From: Eledone cirrhosa
Lineage: Eukaryota
Assembly: GCA_964016885.1 (NCBI GenBank)
Contig: OZ024743.1
Coordinates: forward strand, 200,260,001 to 200,324,000
DNA length: 64,000 bases
Reading direction: 5' to 3'
A model generated the notes under the pieces. That model had not been told where the DNA came from and ran no database searches. It saw nothing but the letters and a program-made list of their open reading frames with translations. Made by a program: the position numbers and the translations under genes. Below, piece after piece: positions 55,642-64,000 of this stretch. Each line of letters starts with the position of its first letter. Position 1 is the stretch's first letter.

Positions 55642-56399
55642 CTTGCGTAAAATGTCGATACACGAATAAACTACCTTGTTTTTTCTAATTTATATATACA
55701 TATATGTACCTATATATTTATATGGGGGGGGGGGTATATATACACACACACATAAACACATATTTCTTCATTGTCCTGTGTTGTTTGCTTTCTTGCTTCT
55801 ATTTACTTTGAATAGATGTATACACACACTCACACATCCGCATTTAGTATCACATCAAGAGTAATAGTGGACGGGAAGGGGGGAAAAAAAACAAAAAAAA
55901 AACATTATCAGAATTTCGGCGAAACGAAGTGTGCGATCCGGTTTCGATTTTCTGTTGCAATTATTTCGCTTCAATTACGTAAATCCTGACCTTGTAAAAA
56001 CAACAAACAGCTTGACACACAATACCGAACTTCCATTTTCATTTTGACACCCACCTCTGCATGAAAAGAAATCTAAGTAAAGCAATGAGAAACCATTGTA
56101 GTGTACCCTTCCGTGAGACATGACGACTGCATAACAAACTAGAATCGGAAGCGGATGTGTTGCAAAAGACAAAAGAAAAAGGCGATTTTAAATTGTTTGT
56201 ACATTGTACCATAACGGAAAGTATCTGAGTGTCTGTACGTGCGTACGTGTATGTATGTATGTGTGCATGCATATATGTATGTGTGTATGTATGTGTGCAT
56301 GTATATGTATGTATATGTATGCATATGTATGCATGTATGTATATATATATATATATATATACATACATACATGTATACGTATACATACATACACATACA

Positions 56400-56438
<39 letters not shown>

Positions 56439-56729
56439 GCATATGTATATGTGTGTGTGTGTGTTTTGTGTGTATGACTGTGTGAAAGCTTACTTGCTAA
56501 GTGAATATGCTTCAGTGAGGACATCTATATATATATATACCCACAGTAGAATATTGCATGTTAAATAGTGAAGAGTTGAAATATTTCAATCAACTGAGAT
56601 TATTCTGGGAATTGTAAGACCAGGGCTCTGATTGTGATGATTAGAAAGAAAGAAAACCTCGATTGTTTGAGTTGAACTAAATTTAGAAGATTAATTTTTT
56701 TAAAGAAAGTGAAGAGAATTTGTTCCAAT

Positions 56730-58229
56730 TACCGAGGGATCTCCTGGTTAAGCCTTCCCGGTAAAACCTTAGCTAAATGTCTGGCATTATGATGTAGGGA
56801 GATTGTCGAATCCAAGCTAGTTGATGAACCGTGAGGTTTTCGCCCAAGACGTAGCAAAGCCGACCAAATATCCACACTGTGGCAGGTCTTCTAGAAATCA
56901 TGGAAGTACTACAAATAATTATATTCTTGCTTTGCAGACACCGAAGATGCATATGACCACATTCTCCGTTACTTCCTCTGGAAGGTTGTGCAAGAGTATG
57001 GGATCGATTGCCAGCTTCTTTTTGCGCTGATGTCTATATACGAGTGCCCGAGTATTGGTGCTCGGATAAATGGTGCAAAGTCGAACCTATTCAACGTTGG
57101 AGTTGGATTCCGCCAAGGGTGCGTACGGTCACTTCACCTATTCATTATGTTTATGAACAGGATTGACATGCTCAGCCAGGCTGGAAGCGGTGACACGACT
57201 GGCATGATTAAAATCAGTCGGCTGGAATTTGCAGGCGACATGGCGTTACTTAACTCGACAGAAGGTGATCTCTGACTTGCACTTGATAGGTTTGATGCCG
57301 AGTGTTGCATGGCTGGAATGGAAATCAGTGCTGCGAAAACCGAGACTGTCGTCCTCTCATGGAAGCCTGCCCGGTGCTCTTTCTATGAGAATAGAGTTCC
57401 ACCTAAGCAGATGGAGAAGCTAAAGTACCTCGGGGTCATATTCACGAGTGATGGAAGGCAGAAGGCTGAATTAAGAGGAAGAATTGCTGGAGCTGGTGCA
57501 GTAAGGCGAAAGCTTTAGCAATCGGTAATCAGAAGAATGGAGGTAGGTGTAAAAGCTAAACTCGCTATCTTCAATTCGGTATTCGTACCAACCCTTATTT
57601 ATGGTAATGACTGAAAGCATACGATCCAAATAAAAACGCCCGGTAAGTTGTTCCTCCGAAGATTCTTTGGAGTAACGTTACTCGATAGAGTGCGTAGCTC
57701 GGAGATCAGAGAGACACCCGAGGTAGAACGGCTACTTCTCCGAATTGAGAGATCACAGCTTCGATACTACGGGCATATGGTTATAATGTCTACGGAAAGA
57801 ATCACTGGACGGATGTACGGGCAAATCCAGCCGACAGGAGAGCCATTGGTAGACCTCGAGCACGAGTATACATACGAAAAGACATGCTCATGCCCTCCTA
57901 ATTCATAGTTCAGGAGTGTTTCGGCAGAGGTGGGGCTATAATGTCAACGAGATCAATCGTAACAATGGGTTTCTTGTTACAGACTCGCTGTGTGGCAACT
58001 TGGACACGCATCTTCGTCTAGAGGATGACCAATACCTTGTGTGCAGACATTGGTTGGGGTAACATCAATGAGTTCTGCTTGTCTTGCTTGGGGTTCCAGT
58101 CGAATCAGTTGGAGCCGTTAGCATCTGACCGCACCTGCTGGAAAGAGTGTTTGAGGATCTGCTCCTATAACCCTCTCGGGAATAAGTGGGCAAAGAAGAA
58201 GAAGAAGAAGAAGAAGAAGAAGAAGAAGA
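56730..58229 (+). mobile_element. 5'-truncated, decayed RTE-clade LINE with (GAA)n tail
   Basis: YRGISWLSLPGK, GFRQGCV, EFAGDMALL (decayed FADD), LKYLGVIFTSDG, RIERSQLRYYGH, GRPRAR; (GAA)n at 58194-58229. Confidence 0.9.
57862..58054 (+). repeat. 193-bp insertion in the RTE, duplicate of 62352-62544
   Basis: Ungapped alignment by eye, 14 mismatches in 193 nt. Confidence 0.92.
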
Positions 58230-59228
58230 ATTTTTTTAGACAATAGAGAGAGAAATATGGGAGTGATGTATATGTTAGAATTCCAAAAGTATCTAACATA
58301 AAAATGAACATATGCCACAACAGAAGTCGGACCGTGCATCTATCGTTTATCATCTGATCGAGCTACCAATTAGACGTTTTAGAAATATTACAAATATCTA
58401 CGTGTTTTTACTGAATTAACATAACAATGTAGTCTAATATCATGTGCCTTGAGAATTTCCTAGGTACTTAAACATAAGCAAACAGTCTACCCTAATTAAC
58501 GTCTAACAGTATAGTCTGAAACTGAAATTCTTCTATATTTATGAATTAGAGCAACAACTGAATACAGATAGTCTTAAGTTAAAACCTAATTACTTAAGAT
58601 ACTTTCATATATATATATATACATATATACATATATACATATATATACATATATACATATACATATATACATATATATATATACATATATCCATATATCC
58701 ATATATACATATATATACATATATACATATATATACATATATATATATATACATAGGTGTGTGTGTGTGCGTGTTTGTATGCCGGGTTCACTCAGGGGTA
58801 ACCACAGAAAGTAAGGTATTCAATACATAGTTTTTTTTTATTTTAGTTTCTATATTAAATATTATATATATATATGTATGTGTGTGCGTGTGTGTGTCTG
58901 TGTGTGTGTGCATGTTTGTACATACGTGTGTGTCTGTGTCTGTGTGTGTGCACGTGTGTACATACGTATGTATACACTCCATACATATTCTGGAGCTGAA
59001 AATCTAGAATATTTCGTAATACATTACTTGATTAGAATGGTACATATGTATCGAAACTTCTCCTCCGTGGTTGGGACAAACAACAACTATAGTGGCTAAT
59101 ACAGAAAATACACATCTTGGGTCATAACTATAAATTCACATTTTCAATGCTTTATCTAACTACAAACTTGAATAAAAGACTGGAGGTAGATGGGGCATTT
59201 ACAAGAAAGAACAAACTAAACTAACCTT

Positions 59229-59420
59229 AGACCTGCCAACTTCTAAAAGCCCAAACGGGGAGAAGCATGAAAAAAGGTGCCCCAAAATGGGGAGAAATGA
59301 GGCAAAAGATGTGCTTTTACATAATGAAAGCTATACCCATTTTCACAAGAAAAGACATCTCTCATCCACCCCAAAGAGCGTGGGATATCTCTCCGTCGGA
59401 CTGGAGAGTTCACAGGTCTG
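59229..59420 (+). mobile_element. MITE with CAGACCTG TIRs (copy 2)
   Basis: agacctgccaac ... gttcacaggtctg; internal sequence similar to 39425-39599. Confidence 0.85.
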
Positions 59421-59694
59421 TAACGTACATCTTCAATATATAATCGATTAGGAGAGCTATGAAGATTTCCAAGACATTCCCAAGATTCTCAATTTTCGTT
59501 TCCTGTAATAAATGCTCAGCTACATGGGGCACCATAATCTATTCGAACTTTTAAAGATATGTACGTAATACTGGAGAAACCTTTTTCAATAAATATAAAA
59601 AACATCAAAGACAACAGATTTATTTTAGCTCTATCGGACAGGAAACAGACTTTATGTACAATTGTAGAGGTTTGCTGCGAAGCAAATATGAATG

Positions 59695-59847
59695 CAGACC
59701 TGTCAACTCTCCCCGTCCGACGGGAGATCTCCCACCTAATTTAGGGTGGGTGATAGATGTCTTCTCTTGTAACAAAAGGGTATAACTTTCATTATGTAAA
59801 ATCTCCCTATTTTGCCTCATTTCTCCCCGTTTTTCATGGCAGTTCTG
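59695..59847 (-). mobile_element. MITE with CAGACCTG TIRs (copy 3, inverted, internally deleted)
   Basis: cagacctgtcaac ... tggcagttctg; reverse-complement similarity to copy 2. Confidence 0.8.
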
Positions 59848-60260
59848 GAAATATGAATCTGTGATGTAAAATGGTGAATAAAACGAACATCAAGTGCAAA
59901 CTAATAAAGAAATTGCATGTCATTTATCCTTGTAATAACTTCTCAACTTTTACCTATTGGCGCAACTTACTTGGATAAAATTCTGAAACACCAACTTTCC
60001 CCAGAAAGATCGAAGTAAACTAAGTTGCAACCTCCAAATCCAATCGATTTGTGGTACATTGAAACATTCCAGGGATTCTCCATTTGAGTTTCTTGGAATG
60101 AATGTATACACACAATCGCATATGTTCATATACCAGACTCACATAAAAGGTAATCAGGTGCACGATTATACTCAAAACACATGATCATATCTATCTATCC
60201 ATCTGTCAGTCTACCTCTCTCACTATCTATCTAGCCACGTATCTCTATCTCTCTCTTTAT

Positions 60261-60372
60261 ATGGCTGAGTGGTTAGAGAATTGGATTCGCAATTGTGAGG
60301 CTGTCAGTTCGATTCCAGGACCGGGTGGTGCGTTATGTCCTTGAGCAAGACACTTTATTTCACGTTGCTCAT
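60261..60372 (+). mobile_element. tRNA-derived SINE head, family 2
   Basis: A-box tggctgagtgg, B-box agttcgattcc, then gtccttgagcaagacactttatttcacgttgctc. Confidence 0.85.
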
Positions 60373-60459
60373 TCAACCTGGAGTTGCGACCGATAGATAG
60401 TATTAGCAATTGGAAACATTGTTTCCTCGGTCCGATTTGACGAAAGTCGATCGACTGTC

Positions 60460-60503
<44 letters not shown>

Positions 60504-61291
60504 TATGCATATTTATATATATATGTATACACATATATTTATATATATATATATATGTATATACATATATACATACATATATACATATTTACACACACAC
60601 ACACACACACACAGACATATATATATATATATATATATATGCTTAATCTAAACTCGGATATTCATAATCTTTGTAATTATCAAGGCTAAAAACAACACTC
60701 AATGTTACTTTGAAATAAGTCGCTTGAATTCTGTGAAAGCAATAACGATATAAATCTCACAGGAACATATGAGGCCTCCTGTTATGACTGTCTATCGCTT
60801 TGTTGCACCAAAACGTCCCTGGACTAGGTCTTTTTTTTAATATACCATCATTTCCCCTTGTATGCATCTGTCACTTCTCTCAACGACAAGCATGTATCCA
60901 TGTGAAAGTCAAACGCCGATACAGCTTGGCTCGAGTGTCGTTGTAACACAAATGTTACCAGCTGATTTGATTGGAACAATGTGAAATAAAGTATCTTGCC
61001 GCCTAGTCCGGGAAGCGAACTCACGATTTTACGATTCTGAATTATGTCAATACCCTAAACATTCGACCTACACAAAAAGACATGTATATACATTCATAAG
61101 TATACTTGTAAACGTAAAGTCGTATATGCACATTCACACACCCACATACGCACACACACATACACACCCATTCATACATATATAGAGAACATCTCAATAC
61201 AATCACTTATCTTCGACTGATAGCCATAACATTTTGACATCTGTAGAGAAACACACAGACACACAGACATACACACACACACACACCCACA

Positions 61292-61322
<31 letters not shown>

Positions 61323-61327
61323 CCACA

Positions 61328-61410
<83 letters not shown>

Positions 61411-61433
61411 GTCTATGTGTATATGCATATATA

Positions 61434-61466
<33 letters not shown>

Positions 61467-61475
61467 TCGTGTGTG

Positions 61476-61506
<31 letters not shown>

Positions 61507-62644
61507 ATATTTTCATATTATACATCACACAGAAATACAGAAATAGACTAAACAGGAGAGATAGTGAGCGAAAGAGTGCATCGTGCATAGTCACACTGCC
61601 AAATGCACTGCACCCACACGATTAGCTATTGCATTGGATGAGCAACATAGACGTCAGCTAGGAAAGGGGGAGTAGTATATGTGGAGATATGGATCAATGG
61701 ATGGCAACTAGTTGTTCGGCTGAGTAACTGCATGCCATATGTCTGCTCTCCTGTCTATTTCTGTAGATCACCTATTTTCTTGAAACACTTATACTTCTGT
61801 GTTAACCATTCCGTTACCATAATTCTAATGAAAGTCATTGTCTAAGATTTTCAATAATTTTGAAAATAATTAAAAACGGTTGGTTGGGGTCATTTCTTAA
61901 TATAACTAACTTACTCATTATTAAGCTAATGCTTGGAGCATTGTTTGAGGAAGGTCTTTACTTAAAATGATGGTGAAAAGATTTTAGATAAGTATAATCC
62001 TTTTAAAACAAATAGTTTTGTATAATCAAGGACGGATTATTGTGGTGTGGTATCAAAAGGGCTAATACCTATATATATATATATAAATGGGACACGAAAC
62101 ATCCTAGAGGAGAGTTACATGTCGGCATAGCTATGCATCTCTACAGCTCTCTTAACTTTTAAAAATCATGAAACTTGTGAAGTCGGTAAAGTTATAGGTT
62201 ATTGTAAAGAAACCTTCAACTTTTCCCCCTATAATATTACTCGTGTGGGTTATATTTAAAAAAAACATAAGTTTTAACTGTTTTAACTTTAACTGTGGTC
62301 ACCTCCCAATACCCATCGGAAATCCACTCATAATTACCTTTATGTATATATACGAGTATACATACGAAAAGACATGCTTATGCCCTCCTAATTGATAGTT
62401 CAGGGGAGTTTCGGCAGAGGTAGGGCTGTAATGACAAAGAGATCAATCGCAACAATGGGTTTCTTGTTACAGACTCGCTGTGTGGCAGCTTGGACACTCA
62501 ACGCCGTCTAGAGGATGACCAATACCTTGTGTGCAGACATTGGTAGAAAAAGTTTGCAGGAACCTTGTACTGTATCATTCTCCTCTTCTCTTTTTTATTC
62601 TAGTTGACTTTTCGCATACATACACACAAAACTCACACATACGC

Positions 62645-62694
<50 letters not shown>

Positions 62695-62705
62695 GCGTAT
62701 GTGTG

Positions 62706-62772
<67 letters not shown>

Positions 62773-62804
62773 GCGTATGTGTGAGTTTATATATATATAT
62801 ATAT

Positions 62805-63079
62805 AAAGTCTAAAGTCTGTCTTAAGCCAGAAGGCTCATCTGGCCGGTGCTTATCCCGGTTTCATGACATGAAGCGTCTGAGAGTACAAGACTGCCCCCT
62901 GGACATGATGCCAGTCCATCGCAGGGTTAAATCCCCTGTTATGGCTGGTACTCAATTTCAGCTGAGTACACTGGAGCAACGTGAAATGAAGTATTTTGCT
63001 CAGGAACACAACACGTAACCCAGGAATCGAACCCACGACATTATGATCATAAGTCCCTTAACACTAGACCACGTGCCTC

Positions 63080-63081
<2 letters not shown>
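62805..63081 (-). mobile_element. tRNA-derived SINE, family 2, full length, with a V-domain-like central block
   Basis: Reverse complement: tggtctagtg A-box, ggttcgattcc B-box, ccctgcgatggactggcatc..gtccagggg, short tandem tail (agacttt)x2. Confidence 0.85.
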
Positions 63082-63144
<63 letters not shown>

Positions 63145-63453
63145 TATATATATACATAAACTGCTACCACCTCTGTTGGCCAACACTAACAAAACTACGG
63201 ATAAAAATATGAACTTTCCTCTCTAAACATATATGTAAAAACTGACAACATTTTTATCTCCATTTTATTATTATTCGTATAAATATTCAATTTAACTGCA
63301 CTATACACTTCCGTCGTTCAAAAAGCATATAAAGCTGAAACCGGTACACGATTATATGCCGAAATCCCTACTTTATATATAAATATTTTGATTTTATACT
63401 GAAAAAAGCCCTCTACCACTTTCTACTATTTTGTTTCATTTTTACTATTTGTT

Positions 63454-63542
<89 letters not shown>

Positions 63543-63645
63543 AACAGTTAACACTTATAATATTGTTTACGGATGTTAAATTCGATTGTAATGTCAGTGA
63601 ATAAATAATAGTGTATATGCATTACAATCATAGAGTATATTAATT

Positions 63646-63730
63646 GTTTATACTTTTGGCACAAGGCCAGCAATTACCCAGTACATTACTGGTACTTTAT
63701 TTTATCGACCCTGTTAGGATGAAAGGTAAA
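63646..63730 (-). mobile_element. SINE family 1, 3' half
   Basis: ggcacaaggccagcaattacccagtacattactggtactttattttatcgaccc. Confidence 0.88.
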
Positions 63731-64000
63731 GAGTATATTAATGTTAGAACATGAGTGCTAAAATTACCTATCAGACTAACTATTGAGAACAGTACCGTTA
63801 AATAATTCCTGCACTTCCAGTCTTCTATAACCTTTACGAAAAACCTTGTTTATACTTTAAACTCTTCAATCAGGAAGACGCACACCTACCGTCGGTAAAT
63901 AAGTCCTTTTATATGTTATATATAATTGATTCTAATGATTTTAAAATAACATACTTTGGAGAATGAAACATGTGTAAATCAAATATGTAATGTATTAATT

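Noticed and set aside
62070-62604. Helitron-like boundaries (TATATATAAAT start, CTAG|T end) around the 193-bp donor
   Set aside because: No clear 5' TC and no convincing subterminal hairpin.

Overview
Eukaryotic, AT-rich, extremely microsatellite-dense DNA made almost entirely of repeats and transposable elements. The repeat repertoire (tRNA-headed SINEs, Tx1, RTE, Penelope-like and HERO-like elements among long (TA)n/(CA)n/(GATA)n tracts) suggests an invertebrate, most likely a cephalopod such as Octopus; this is inference. No convincing host protein-coding gene is visible, and nearly all track ORFs are translations of simple repeats. Main contents: (1) a near full-length L1/Tx1 retrotransposon on the minus strand (about 29530-35350) plus a truncated relative, both set in (GATA)n tracts; (2) a 5'-truncated Penelope-like element (RT followed by GIY-YIG, about 50869-53781) with an inverted pseudo-LTR; (3) RTE, HERO-like, mariner and hAT/MITE remnants and many SINEs; (4) large minisatellites between 5.8 and 28.8 kb. 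The most notable pattern is a set of small, often palindromic modules carrying hammerhead-ribozyme motifs, from several sequence families, joined to microsatellites. In the Penelope-linked family the (TA)n junctions fall at two fixed distances from the predicted cleavage site, matching the termini of the autonomous element in the same window.
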